A stretch of 64,000 bases of DNA from Octopus sinensis (GCF_006345805.1 NC_043000.1:119536001-119600000), one strand, 5' to 3'. Numbered from the stretch's first letter, positions 13,866 through 29,234 are shown. A program made the numbers and translations. The notes: a model not told the origin generated them from the sequence alone.

Positions 13866-14950
13866 GAGCGAAGTCGTTGCCACAACCGCCTGATTGGCTC
13901 CCATGCCGGTGGCACATAAAAGCACCCACTACACTCTCGGAGTAGTTGGCGTTAGGATGGGCATCCAGCTGTAGAAACTCTGCTAGATCAAGACTGGAGC
14001 CTGGTGCAGCCTTCTGGTTTGCCAGCCCTCAGTCAAAATCGTCCAACCCATGCTAGCATGGAAAGCGGACGTTAAACGATGATGATGATTATTCATAATC
14101 TGAAAATCTCCAGTCTTTGCTTTTTTTCTGTTTGCATGTATACATACACATATATTTTGTATATCAAACCCAACTCATTATATTTAATTTGTTTATCTGC
14201 ATAATTGTTCTCATACAATGTCTTTCGATTTCTGTCCATGGCTGTATGGCAAGAAGGTTGTTCCCCAACCATATTGTTTTGGGTTAACACAAACTTTGTG
14301 GCACCTTGGGTAAGTGTTTTCTATGATAGCCCTTGGTTGACCAAAGCCTTAGGTGTGGATTTGGAAGATAGAAACTGAAAGAAGCCCACTGTATATCCAT
14401 ATTTATATATATGTGTGTGTGTATGTGTTACTGTCTCTTTACATTGACATTATATGACAGTTAGGCACTGGAGTGGCTGTGTGGTAAGTAGCTTGCTTAC
14501 GAACCACATGGTTCCAGGTTCAGTCCTACTGCGTGGCACCTTGGGCAAGTGTCTTCTACTATAGCCTCGGGCTGACCAAAGCCTTGTGAGTGGATTTGGT
14601 AGACGGAAACTGAAAGAAGACCGTCCTGTGTGTGTGTGTGTGTATATGTATGTATGTGTGTATATGTATGTATGTGTGTATATGTATGTATGTGTGTATA
14701 TGTATGTATGTGTGTATGTATGTATGTGTGTATGTATGTATGTGTATGTATGTATATGTGTATGTATGTGTGTATGTATGTATGTGTGTATGTATGTATA
14801 TGTGTATGTATGTGTGTATGTATGTATATGTGTATGTATGTATATGTATGTATGTGTGTATGTATGTGTATATATATGTATGCATGTATATATATGTATA
14901 TATATGTATGCATGTATATGTATGCATGCATATGTATGCATGCATGCATG

Positions 14951-14981
<31 letters not shown>

Positions 14982-16233
14982 TAGAGATAAAACTACTATT
15001 AGGCAAATTATACTATAAAATTGGATTTAATCCTAAATCTAATTTTTCCCAGTAAGTTTGGATTTATTCCCTAATATTATTGTTATTATATATATATATG
15101 TGTGTGTGCGTGCGTGCGTTTGTTCTCCCAACATCGCTCAACAACCGATGCTGGTGTTTAAGTCCCCGTAACTTAGAGGTTCAGCAAAAGAGACCAATAG
15201 AATAAGTACTAGGCTTATTCTAAGAATAAGTCCTGGGATTGATTTGCTTGACTAAAGGCGGTGCCCCAGCACGGCCACAGTCAAATGACTGAAACAAGTA
15301 AAAGAGTAACGTCACTATCATGAGAAAATATCTTACTTGGAGGGTTGGTAAGAAAGCCATCTGGCCATAGAAAAATCTGCCTAAACAAATTCTGTCTGAT
15401 CCATGTAAGCATGGAGTAGTGGATGTTAAAACAACGATGATCAGAGGGTGGACAAACATTTTTTTCCGACAAGATCCATGGAAAATAAAAAAAAAAAACC
15501 CCAAGAGAAACTTACTTGCATAGGTGAAGGAAGACTTTATTATTTTTCCCCTGAAATGCCTTCATGATCATTTGGGAAAGGAAGTCTATTTGAGGAATTT
15601 TCAAGATATCAGCAAGTCTATAAAAAAGAGAGGAAAAAGAAGCACTTTGCTAACACATTTTTCTTTATGCAACATTTATAATAAGGGTAGCCAAGTGGGT
15701 ATAAAACATGGGTTTAGTCCACATTGCTCTGTAAGGAACATAGGGCTAGTTTCCTGGTTTCTATGGTACACAAGTAGTCCTCCATGGACAAGATGCCAAC
15801 CCTTCGTAGGATATGCAAAATACCCAACAACAATACTTTGAAGACTTTGGCAACTATTACTGGAGTGGGGGGGGGGAACTATTCTTAATTCCTTTATTTA
15901 CAATTTAACAAATGAATCCATGCAACAAATTAAAAAACAAAAATGTTGAAGAAAAACTAGACTTCGTAAGCGTTTTGCTTTTTGTCCCACTTTATATTCA
16001 GTTTAATTAACATATTTTTATAGGAAGAAAAGAAAGAAAAAGACATTGAAAGTATAAAAGGTTCAAAGGCATGGGAGTGGGTGTGTAGTAAGTAGCTTGC
16101 TTATGAACCACATGGTTCCGGGTTCAGTCCCACTGCATGGCACCTTGGGCAAGTGTCTTCTACTATAGCCTCAGGCCGACCAAAGCCTTGAGAGTGGATT
16201 TGGTAGACGAAAGAAGCCCGTCGCATATATGTA

Positions 16234-16297
<64 letters not shown>

Positions 16298-16317
16298 TAT
16301 ATATGTGTGTGTGTGTG

Positions 16318-16350
<33 letters not shown>

Positions 16351-19300
16351 CCAATATCGCTTGACAACCGATGCTGGTGTGTTTACGTCCCTGTAACTTA
16401 GCGACTTGGCAAAAGGGACTGATAGAATAAGTACTAGGCTTACAAAGAATAAGTCCTGGGGTCAATGTACTCGACTAAAGGTGGTGCTCCAGCATGGCCA
16501 TAGTCAAATGACTGGTGCAAGTGAAAGAGTTATCAAGAACAAAAATCCCATAACTAACCCACCAAAGACACAAAGAAAAAGAAAAACAGGTAAGGGGGAT
16601 TAAGCAACAGAAGATGGTAGCGAGGATTTGATGGGTTGTACACCCCAGAACATATATGGTGTGTTTAGCCAAGCCTTGTGAACATGGTTCCATAAAGTGT
16701 GTGCTTTCCCTGAGCCTATCTCTTCCCCCACACCTCGTTACTTCTCTCCTTATCCTTAGACAAAAAGCAAAGTGTCTCAAACCATTACACATATCTTGAA
16801 CTTCTCTATGTTGATTGATTTTTACCAGTTTCCTTCGGTTCTGGATTGTATAATACTGAAGTGATCATGTGATTGACCAGACTATTGGGTGTTACACCTC
16901 GCTGGTCACAATGCGCTTTGCATCATTTTAGCTTTTTAATGATGTCACCCTGCTGGATAAGAAAGCTAATATGTTGCAGGGGTACCCATTTACAACTGAA
17001 CGAACTGAAGCATCATGAAATATATTGAATTGCTTAGGAACACAACATGCCACTCGGTCTGGGTGGCACGTAAAAAAGCACCATTTGTGCTTTTTTACGT
17101 GCCACCTGACTGGTTCCCATGCCGGTGGCATGTAAAAGCACCCACTACACTCTCGGAGTAGTTGGTGTTAGGAAGGACATCCAGCGGTAGAAAACCATGC
17201 CAAATCAGATTGGAGCCTGGTGCAGCCTCCTGGCTTGCCAGTCCTCAGTCAAACCATCCAACCCATGCCAGCATGGAAAGCAGAGTTAAACAATGATGAC
17301 GAATATAGTGATCATGGATGCAACACCCTGTAAAAATCAACACTTTCTTCTCCAAGCCTAGATTCGAAACCGAATCTAAGAATTCTCGGTCGTCCAAACC
17401 ACCACGATCAACAGGTGCAAAAAGAGGCTTTCTTTGTCCTGTCTTTGACCTACAACCTAAGCTATGTTAGGTGAAGTTCAAATGGACAGGAGCTGACCTA
17501 TTTAGGTAGAAACTCTGCTGCAGTATGTCTGTCCTTCTAGCTGCCACGATTATTATAAATACAGTGGCCAACAGACAGACAGAGAGGAGAAAGGCCTAGC
17601 AGGCAAATGAGAAAGGTCTATGATGACAGGTTTTGAATGACAGTAGAAACCCGAGAGAAATGTTTCAAGTTCCACCGTAGACTACTGATCTCAGATGAAC
17701 TACGCACACACACAAACATATCCATTTCTGATACAGCACTTCTACAGATGTACCCTGTTTCTATTTCTAGCAACTCATGGCAGTTGTCAACATTTTGCAT
17801 GTAGTGAAGAATTATGTGTACCAACGATAAATTAAGCCCAGTGAATAAATTATTTTTAACTATTAATCGATTCACTCATTTGTTTACTTCAAAGACATAC
17901 ACATTCCTTTTGCATCTGTTCACCTGAGACACACACATAACCACTATAACCCTAACCACTAGGCCTTCACAATACTAAAGTAGCCAAACAAAAACAAAGA
18001 ACAAACCCCACCTTTAAAGTCGGTAAGGAAATAGACCAAGCAATGATAAATGTTATTTACCTGCACAACCTGCATTCCATTTCAGGCTGGAAATAAAACA
18101 GTAAAGTACTAATTTATGGTGTTTAGAAAACATGGAAGTAAAGTAGTAATATTAGAATGGAATGGAAGTGATGCTGTGGCAAAACGATAAGAGAGGAGAA
18201 ATATACATGGTTTAGCCTTGAGTGGATTTGGTAAATGCAAGTCGATGAATATGGTCATGTGTGTGTACATGTGTATATATATGATGTATAATAGTATTGA
18301 ACAAAAAGAATGAATGTTTTACTGGTATTTAATTTATTGATCCTGAAAGGATGAAAGGCAAAGTTGACTTCATTGGAATTTGAATTTAGAATGTAGTGAT
18401 GGGTGAAATACTTATTTTTTACTACCCACAGAGAGGACAAACTAGGACAGACAAACGGGTTCAACCTTGAAAGGATGAAAGGCAAAGTCGACCTCGGTGG
18501 AATTTGAACTCAGAACTTAACGGCAGACGAAATACCGCTAAACATTTCGCCTGGCCTGCTAACGTTTCTGCCAGCTCTCCGTTAACCATTTTGCCTGGTG
18601 CTAATGATTTTGCCAGCACACTGCCTTCATAATAATATAATAATAATATAGAAATTAACTGTCAACCCTACAGTAGCTGTAGGGGCACTGGGAGCATTAA
18701 CAACCAGGTTTGAGAAATATGTTGGAGAAACTGGGATCGCCATGAGGGTAGAGCATGTTCACAAAAACTAATTTATTGAAGACAGTGAGGATTTTGAGAT
18801 TGGTACTCGGATGTTAAATATTATGGAAAGAGACCCCATGAGATCTTTGACAACAGATTGTTGTCTGCTCTTATAGAATTAAGCAGGGCAAGCGAAATCA
18901 AGAGCTCTGAGAAGTGAAATGGAAATAACAACAGTGATGACGTAATTATCATTATTTAACCCTTTCGTTACTGTATTTATTTTGAGATGCTCTGTATTTC
19001 TCCCAATTACTTTAAATATAACAAAGAATTTAGTAAAATAACTTAGTTATCATTCAGCTAGTGTTAGGTACATAAACTGTGACTAAGGTTTGATGGAAGA
19101 TTTTAATTCAAATCTTAAGATAAGATAGACATTTGTACTACAGAGCCAGTTTCAGCCAGGTTGGTATCGAAAGGGTTAAGAATTGTTTCTCTATTATATA
19201 TTTTAACCCTTTTGTTACCATATTTATTTTGAGATGCTCTGTGTTTCTCTCAATTACTTTAAATATAAACAAAGAATTTAGTAAAATAACTTAGTTATCA

Positions 19301-22300
19301 TTCAGCTAGTGTTAGGAACATAAATTGTGACTAAGGTTTGGTGGAAGATTTTAATTCAAAATTTATGAAAACAAGACATTTGTACTCAGAGCCAGAGCCG
19401 GTTCCAGCTGGGTTGGTATCGAAAGGGTTAATGTCTGTTTTCCATGCTGGTATGAGTTGGATGGTTCAACTGAAAACGGGTAAGCTGGGGAGCTGCACCA
19501 GTTTCCAGTCTGATTTAGCAATGGTTTCTATAGCTGGATGCCCTTCCTAACACCAACCACTCTCAGACAATAATAATGGTGGTTTTAAATTTGATGGGAG
19601 TAGGAAAGTCAATTACATTGACCCCAGTGGATAACTGGTACCTATTTTGCCAATCATGAAAGGATGAAAGGTAAAGTTGACCTTGGTGGAATTTGAACTC
19701 AGAATGTGCCTGGTGTGATAATGATTCTGCCAGTTTGCCATCTTAATAATAATAAAAATAAATGCCCTGATGCAATACTAGGCAGTGGCTCTCATGGCTT
19801 CTGATCTTAACTGATTGGGAGCGTTATCATGTACATTGTTTTGTCTTGGTATAAAAGATGGCCTACAGCAAATATTCTGCTCAATACCACAGATTTGCTT
19901 GACTTCAACCAGTTGAGCATGTCTATTAGTGGCTGATGATATGTGCATCTCTGATCACGAGCAGAAGTAGTGGGGGAGCATCATAGTCACGTGTTAAGAG
20001 GAATTCTTTGGGATTTGGATAATTCACCACTGGAAACATGGGTGTTTCCTTAAACAATCCTTATTCAGGAATCTTTTGAGTGGGATAGGCTACTTGACCT
20101 GAAGAAAATTCTAAGTGGGCTCCATCTGTAAGGTCATGCACTGTTTATCTTGATATAAGATCACCATGCTTCTGTGCCGGTGGCATGTAAAAAGCACCAT
20201 CCGATTGTAGTCTTTGCCAGCCTCCACTGGCACTTAAAAAGCACCCACTACACTCACGGAGTGGTTGGCGTTAGGAAGGGCATCCAGCTGTAGAAACACT
20301 GCCAGATCAGACTGGAGCCTGGTGCAGCCTCCTGGCTTCCCAGACGCTGGTCGAACCATCCAACCCATGCTAGCATGGAAAACGGACATTAAATGTTGAT
20401 GATGGTGTTACGCACATATGGTTGTGATGCATGTGCCTGGTGTACCCTAATCAGACGAGTAGTCATGATGAGTATACTGGACTTTGTATATTTGTTCCCT
20501 TGTGTCACTTTTATGGCATGCACTGCACTCTCACTCACTAATAATAATAATAATAATAATGATGATGATTTAAAAAAAAAAACGCACTTACTTCCATGTT
20601 AAATTCTGGTAGAGTTGTGTTGATGTAATCCCACAATATCATCTCTCTGAAATGAGGCTTTTGAAATTTGTGAAAGGAGGGATACAAGTGAAACTCAACC
20701 TGAAAATAACAAGCAGTAGAAGGAAGTTCAGGTGAAAGACATCTTGCAAAACAGAAAAACCAGCAGAAATCCTACGAATAAAGCAATAAAAATAGAAAGA
20801 AAAAAAAAAAAAAGGGAACCCAACAGGAATAGCAGTCTCTCTAATGGGCTTCCAACACAGTTGGATAAATCAGACTGGTTGACAAATTAGTTAATCTATA
20901 TCTATATATATATATAAAGCTGAAATTGTCTGTGTGTGGCAGGTTTGGTAGGCTTCAACTAACACTATCTCCTCTGAGACCCTGCGGCGCAAGTTGACCA
21001 AAATTGAGAGTATGATAGAAGAAGGCTTGCTCTTCCTTCCGTAGAAGAAAAATTCAAATCGGTCCATGTTAGCTTCACCCTTTAGCATTCAGATGACTCT
21101 TCCAAACGTAATACTTATTAATATGCATTGTTTTCAATTCATCAAGAATTATTTTGTAACTTTGAAAGTTCAATGATGTCATCATCATCATCATTTAATG
21201 TCCATTTTCAATGCTGGAATGGGTTGGACAGTTTGACAGGAGCTGGTAAGGTTGGGGGCTGCACCAGGCTCAATCGTTTGTTTTGGCATGTTTTCTATGG
21301 CTGGATGCCCTTCCTTATGCTAACCACTTGACAGGAGTATACCGGGTGCTCTTTATGCGGCACTAGCACCAGTGCTTTTTACATACATGGCACCCCACGC
21401 TAGTGCTTTTTATGTGGCCTCTGTACCAGTGCTTCCTACTTACCATGGCACCAGCACCCTTGATTGTTTACTTTTATAATGACATTGAAGGGTAGGTGTG
21501 AGAGGTTGGACCTAGCTAATTCAAACAAAAAACAGGGAAGAATATTTGGCCTGGAAATGGCTGGCTTAAAGGCTAAAAGGTTTAAGAAGCAACTTCATAT
21601 TTTTGAGATGTAATTTGTCTAATTGTACAGATGAATGATCACCAAAGACTCTGAGATCCAACAATTGGAAACACTGTGAAGGTGACTTAATCATGGTGAC
21701 AAACTTAGAAATTAGTGTAAAATACAGGTGACAGTAGAAACCAATTCCTATATTAAAAGACAAGTTCACAAAATAGTTGAAATAAAATATAGTGATAGAT
21801 AAACATCTTACTTGCAGAGATTGTAGATGCCCGAAATCTTTTTTAAGCTCAGCAAGAGTCTCCGTTTCAAGGAAATCTGAAAATCGAATTAATACAAAAG
21901 AAATTTAATCACTAAATCATCATTGTTTTCATGAGTACTTTTCCATGCTTGAATGGGTTGGCCGGGGTTTACTGAGACACATTTTGAATGGCTGGATGCT
22001 CTTCCTGCCATCAACCCTAACTTGTTTCCAAGCAAGATTACGTGGTAATGCTCCCCAGGACCAAACTTTTCTGCATCATCATTGTCGTTAACATCCGCTT
22101 TCCATGCTGGCATGGGTTGGACTGTTTGACTGAGGACTGACAAGCCAGAAGGCTGCATCAGGCTCCAATCTGATCTGGCAGAGTTTCTACAGCAGGATGC
22201 CCTTCCTAATGCCAACAACTCCAAGAGTGTAGTGGGTGCTTTTAACATGCAACTGGCACGAGGGCCAGTCAAGCAGTACTGGCATCGACCACACTTGAAT

Positions 22301-25099
22301 GGCGTTTTTTACATACCACCGGCTGAATATTGAAATGAATGATGTTCATTTATAACAAACATGATGCCAAGGTAGGGAGACATGTACAGAGAGAGAGAGA
22401 GAGGATTCTTTCAGTCTCTGTCAACCAAATCCACTCATAAGGTTTTAGTCAACCAGGGGGTACAATAGAGGGCACTTGCTTAAAGTGGGGCTCAGCTTGG
22501 TTGGGAAGCAAACTTGTTGACCACAGTCACACTTGCGCCTGTATAAAAAAAATATTCAATGGTGACCCAACACTGCGATATAGTTAATTTTAAAATCAAA
22601 CAAATGTTAATTAATGAAGAAAGAGACTTAATTCAGGTCCCTTTCAACAGCGAGGAGAAGAGAGATGAGAAGATTTACATACCTGTTGTGAGCAGTTTTA
22701 GGCATTCAATCAAACATTTTCCAGTTGCAATGGCCAATTTTTTGCTTTGGTTTGTCTTCTGCAAATTTAAAATTCACGCAAAATATTACTCCATGCTGAC
22801 TGAACAAATATTTTCTTCAATACGTTATTAAAAATAATAAGTGTCATGACACAACAGAAACAAAGTGGTTCTTAAACTGGATGGTAGCTCCCTTTGGCAG
22901 TGGTGACAAACGTCAAAGGTGTACTATGCGACAGGATGGGTGGGGGCGATGGATATTGAGAAAGACACTGATTTTTGTAAGAAATTAAATACTGAAACCA
23001 TACCTTGAGAGCTTTCCCTAGCATCCCAACACTACCACATCTTCTTCCCAGCTTCTCTCATGTACCCTTATATAATGTGGGGTAGCCATATATCTTTTCA
23101 ACAGCAAGGCATCTGTGCTTGTCCTACTATTGTATTTTAGCCATTTAACACCCGACACAAAGCCACACAATTTAAGGTGTGTTTTCCCCTCACCCTTCAT
23201 TCTCTGTCTTACAACTTACTTGGTGACACTTCATTAGTGCCTGTAACACAGAAAAAGCATCCAGTACAGACTGTAAAATGGTTGTCTGTTAGGAAGGACA
23301 GCCATCTGCAGAAAATATGCCAAAGTTGCCTCCAGTCCAGTGTCAGAAAGTACCGTCGCAAAAAAAAAAAAAAAAGAAGTTCATTGCCCAGTCAGCTTTG
23401 CCCTTCCAAAACAGGCAATAGGCAAAAGTTGACTTCAGATGGATTTCAAATCAGTGTGCAGAACAAAACCCTTTAACCCTTTAGCATTTAAACCGGCCCA
23501 AATTTTCTACTTCTTTTATGTTCAAACCATCAAGATCTGGCCCCTCAAATCATATCCTACAATGACATCCTCAAAATAAACCATCATCATCATCATCATT
23601 TAGCGTCCGCTTTCCATGCTAGCATGGGTTGGACGGATCAACTGGGGTCTGTGAAGCTGGAAGGCTTCGTCAGGCCCAGTCAGATCTGGCAGTGTTTCTA
23701 CGGCTGGATGCCCTTCCTAACGCCAACCACTCCGCGAGTGTAGTGGGTGTTTTTTACGAGCCACCTGCACAGGTGCCAGACAGAGCTGGCGAACGGCCAC
23801 GAACGGATGGTGCTTTTACCATCACATCATCAAATTCTCAGAGCTACAAGATAATGGAGGATTAATTCAAAATGATGTGAATGAAAAAGCATTATATTTG
23901 ACAGAGTAATCTGAATGCTAAAGGGTTAAGCCATTCCATCTGATATTCTACCAATTCTGCTAATTCACCACCTGCCAATCTACCAAATAATGTTTGCTCG
24001 AAATGTCGGACTGATAAAGAAACAAAGACAAACAGTAGGTTAATAGAGAGAATTAGTATGAAGTCAATGCAAGATAAATGTCTACGAAAGGTAAAACCAT
24101 GGGTGGTTACTTACCGCCTCATCAAAAATCGGTTCTTCATCCAAATCAATAATACAGTAGTCCAAGAGCCGTTGAGCACAAGATTTGGACAATTCTGGTT
24201 CCAGAGACTTCAGCAGATCAAAGCATTCTTTCAACTAATTACCATAAAAAAAAAAAAAAAAGAAAATATTTTAAAGTAAGCATGTTTTGAACACAGTGTA
24301 AAAACTAATACTTCTTTTCTCCAAGCTTAGATTCGAAACCAAATCTAAGGATTCTTGCTCGTCTGAACCACCACAATCAACAGGTGCAAAAGGAATTTTC
24401 TTTGTCCTGTCAAGACATGATAAATCACTTCCCTTTCACCTATGACCTCAGCCATGTCAGGTGAAGTTAAAATGGACAGGAGCTGACCTGCTGTATATCT
24501 GTCCTTCTAGCTGCCACAGCTGTTATAAATACCGTGGTCAGCAGAGGGACAGACAAAGGCCTAGGATGCAGAAGACAGAGAGTGCGAGAAAAGTTCGGGA
24601 TGCAGAAACAGAAAGGCTCCGGACGAAGAGACAACACATGAGAGTCTCCTACTTTCTCAGACGAATGACACGCACACAGACTCAGAACATCTTCAGTTCT
24701 AACACATTACTTACACAGATGTACCCGGTTTTTATTCCTCTCAACTTGTAGCAGTTGACAACAAATACATGTAGTGAAGAATTGTGAACACCAACAAATA
24801 ATGCAAGTACAGTAAATAAATTATTTAAACTGTAAATCGATGTCATTGAATTATTTACTTTGAAGGCATCCACATGCCTATCGCCTCTGTCTACCTCAAC
24901 ACCTTCTGATACACCTTTAAAACTACTACAACAGTATTAAGTTAATAATCGAGACACAAATATAGAACTGTGATTAATCAGCCACAAAACTGTTGCATCT
25001 GATACCTGTGATAATTGGCTGAGCTCTCTGGCACTCCGTCAGTTATGATGATGAGGGTTCCAGTTGATTTGATCAACAGAAGAGCCTGTCATGTGTGTG

Positions 25100-25130
<31 letters not shown>

Positions 25131-28100
25131 GTGTGTGTGTGTTTATGTGTTTTTCCCCCCAACATCGCATGACAACCGATGCTGGTGTGTTTACTTAGCA
25201 GATCGGCAAAAGAGACCGATAGAATAAGTACTAGGCTTACAAAGAATAAGTCCTGGGGTTGATTTGCTTGACTAAAGGTGGTGCTCCAGCATGGCCACAG
25301 TCAAATGACTGAAAAGAGTACAGAGAGTTGAAGTGTTAAAGGATTAAACCCCAGTCACCCTCCCTAAGCACATCTCTTTCTTCTATGCCCAGCTTTGAGC
25401 CCCGGGACACATAAGTCTAGTTACCTGGATTCCACAGTGTATAAGTGACCGAAATCACAACATACCTTCTCCACAAGATGTCAGTCCACTGCAGGGTTCC
25501 AGTTCATTATATCAGCGCCAGTACTTGACTGGTACTCTATTTCATCAACCCTGAAGGCATGAAAGGCTAAGTTGATCTTGGCAGGATATAAACTCAGAGT
25601 GTAAAGATCCAGGAGAAATACTGTAAAGAATTTAGTCTGAAATGCCAACGATTCTACCAGCTCACCTTTACTCCGGGTTTAATACAACTTGACATTACAC
25701 ACCTAACAGAATATTAATGGAAGCAAACAACAACAGCAAAACCAAATGTGGTCGATAATAAGACCATCCTTACCTTATCTTTCACCATATACTGTCTCAA
25801 GCGGAAAACATAGAGCTCTCTTTTCATACAGTTGTCAGCTGGTTTCAAAATATGTAGAGCATCATCCATACTTTCAGGCAGATCTCTGCGGAGAATGTAT
25901 TTGGCGAATTGCTGGAATTATGGAACATTATAAAAACTGGTTAAAAATAAAGAGCTAAGATAAGATTTAACCATTTACATCATTGTTTTCACATTTGTTT
26001 TTTTAATGCTAGCATGGATTGTATGAGTGTTATTAATCTTTACATAATTCTCTGTATCATGTGATACACAGGATATATCTCCTTGATGTCCATGCATCTT
26101 ATACGACACACATTCTCAATTTTTTCTTTTCAATATTTTCATAAGACTTGGGGGTCATATGGCAGGAAAGCTTTACACTATTCAGAACATAAAACAAAGG
26201 CTAATTAAAAGTTAGAAAACAAGCATGGGCATTAAGGACAAATTGATAAAAATGCTTTATCAAATTCGATGACTGGCATCCGTGCTAGTGGAGCGCTAAG
26301 AACACCATTCAAGCGTGATTGTTACCAGCGTCCCCTTACTGGCACTTGAAAAAACATTCAAGTGAGGCCGTTGCCAGTGCTGCTGGACTGGTTCCTGTGC
26401 AAGGTGGCACATAAAAAAACACCATTTGAGCATGGCCGTTGCCAGTACCGCCTGACTGGCCCTCGTGCACCCACTACACTCTCGGAGTGATTGGCTTTAG
26501 GAAGGGCATCCAGCTGTAGAAACTGCCAGATCAAGATTGGAGCCTGGCGCAGCCATTTGGCTCGCCAGCCCTCACTCAAATCGTCCAACCCATGCTAGCA
26601 TGGAAAGCGGACGTTAAATGATGATTATGCTTTGGACATGCAAAGACTTTTGGCAGTACTGCATTGCAAGATGCACCTACTGTTGCCAAACCTTACAAGG
26701 TTTCTTTTTTTCAAATAAGATATTTTTATAACACTTGGTTTAGCAAGTCAACACCAACTACAAAACAGTGTTTACAGGTGGGGTTACCATAACATCACCT
26801 TTTCCAGGTCCCTCTCTATATTTATATCACTTTAAAACAACCATTTGAGGTGAGGAGCAGAAAAAAAAGAAAGTACTTTTGAGAAAAGACAAAATTTACC
26901 AGAGCTTCTTCTGTGTTTGGAGTGGGAACATCGATTCCTTTCAGATCATATCTTGCAAGACGCAACTTCAGCTCCACAAGCTTGGCATGTATTTTAATGG
27001 ACTCTACTCTGTATATGAAAAGAAAGAACTGTCACAGGAGGTCCTAGAGAAGTTACAGCAGAAGTTTGGAATGATTTTGATATTTTGGAGGAAATTTATT
27101 CTGAAAACATAACAAGATTACTGAAAGAAGAATTTCAGAGCCAGATACATCTTTTCACAGCTAGTTGCACATGGGGTCAGTGAAAGTAAAGGGATGAGGC
27201 CACGAACAGTGCAGAATGTAAATAATGAGATATGAACCACTGATGCTTTCGTTGGTAGTCTGATACCTCAGTGACTCAGCCACTTGCAGCTCCTATAAAT
27301 CTCTCTATATATGAAGCTGAAGTTGTCTGTGTATGGCAGTTTGGTAGCCTTCAACTAACACTATCTCCTCTGAGACCCTGCGGCACAAGTTGACCAAAAG
27401 TGCAAGTATGATAGAAGAAGGCTTGCTCTTCCTTCCGTAGAAGAAAAATTCAAATCGGACCATGTTAACACCAAAAATTATTTACATCAAAAAGGTGCTT
27501 TTTTTCTTTGAAAATCCCTATTTTTTTACGATTTTTTGACTGCTGTGTCGCCATTTTTTGGTGTATTTCAACCAGAAAAATGTTCACTTAAAGAGAATAA
27601 CTACATAATGCAAAATTTTTACTTTTCAAAAATTCCAATTCTAAAGGGTCGAAACAAACCCGAGCAAAGCCGGGCGATTCTGCTAGTTATATACTATTTA
27701 TATAAGAGAGAATAGCAAGGGTGTCAGATTACAAGGACAAGATGACCTATTGAACCTTTGCACAAGGCACTAGATTTCATGTTGCACCAGTCTACCCGGC
27801 TGATAGAAGTACCAGCTGGAGAGAAAAGGGTAGGTTAATCCAGTGGCAGGTTGGAGGTCTGTCTAGGGAGGTGGTAGTGAGGAAGAGCTTTGTACTCTCA
27901 ATTACCTCATGCAGCTGACAAGATTACAAACCCTAGGTGGGAGAGAAGGGATCAACTTTATGTTAGGAGATTAAGTAGCAGAGAGGAGTGAAGTATGAGA
28001 GAAAAGGGCTGGAACAGAACAGGTTTCTTAGTGTAAAGGAGCTACATGGCTACTTACCATTTTGAAGAAATGGCGGAAGGGATCAGGTGGAACTGATGAG

Positions 28101-28966
28101 TGATAGTAATTTAACAAAATACATTAATTACATAGCAAATTAGTTACCGGAACGATAAAAAGGCAGTCATCACAGTAAGTGAAACTTAACCATTAGGATA
28201 GAAAATGTTTAAGACACTTGTTTCAGTCTCTGTCACACTAACAGTTCATCATCTGACAAGATCCCCTCCTCCAATGCTGCCTCTCCTCTCAAAGATTCCT
28301 TGTCTTGTAAAGTTACTTGGTGACCCTGCCAGTGCCACGGCATCAGGCTGTAAAATCCATGCCAAAACTGATCTCGACTGCGCTAGTGCCACATAAAATG
28401 CACTCAGCCCGCTTTGTGAATTGGTTGGTGTTAGGAAGGGCATCAAGCCATAAAAAGTGTGCCAAAACAGGCACAGAAGTATGGTGCAGGCTTCTGTCAA
28501 ACTATCCAACCCATGCCAGTAAGGAAGGAAGATGTATGATGATGACGATGATTGATAATATATATATATATATATATATATATGCAGGAGTGGCTGTATG
28601 GTAAGTAGCTTGCTTACCAACCACATTGTTCTAGGTTCAGTCCCACTGCGTGGCACCTTGGGCAAGTGTCTTCTACTATAGCCTTGGGCCGACCAAAGCC
28701 TTGTGAGTGGATTTTGTAGACGGAAACTGAAAGAAGCCCATCGTATATATGTATATATATATATGTGTGTGTGTGTGCGTGTTTGTCCCACCAACATCGC
28801 TTGACAACTGATGCTGGTGTGTTTACGTCCCTGTAACTTAGTGGTTCAGCAAAAGAGACTGATAGAATAAGTACTAGGCTTACAAAGAATAAGTCTCGGG
28901 GTCGATTTGCTCGACTAAAGGCAGTGCTCCAGCATGGCCGCAGTCAAATGACTAAAACAAGTAAAA

Positions 28967-29001
<35 letters not shown>

Positions 29002-29192
29002 CAAAATGTGACCGCGATTTTTTCCCCTCCGTCTTCCCTTCTCTGGATCTTTCCTTTTCCTATGTTTCAGACGAAGAGCTCCACTCGAAACATAAAACCC
29101 TCTTTCTTCCCTTCCTGAGCATCCAATAATACTATATTTGTTCCACGTCCTCGCGTTGTTGTGTTCTCTCTGTGTTTTCATGTTTGGATTAA

Positions 29193-29234
<42 letters not shown>

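Noticed and set aside
14450-15055. Long His/Thr/Tyr and Val/Cys/Met ORFs in six frames
   Set aside because: Microsatellite translation artefacts.
28249-28797. Longest ORF in the track (182 aa)
   Set aside because: It runs through a family-A SINE, (TA)n and an old family-B copy; a chance open frame.
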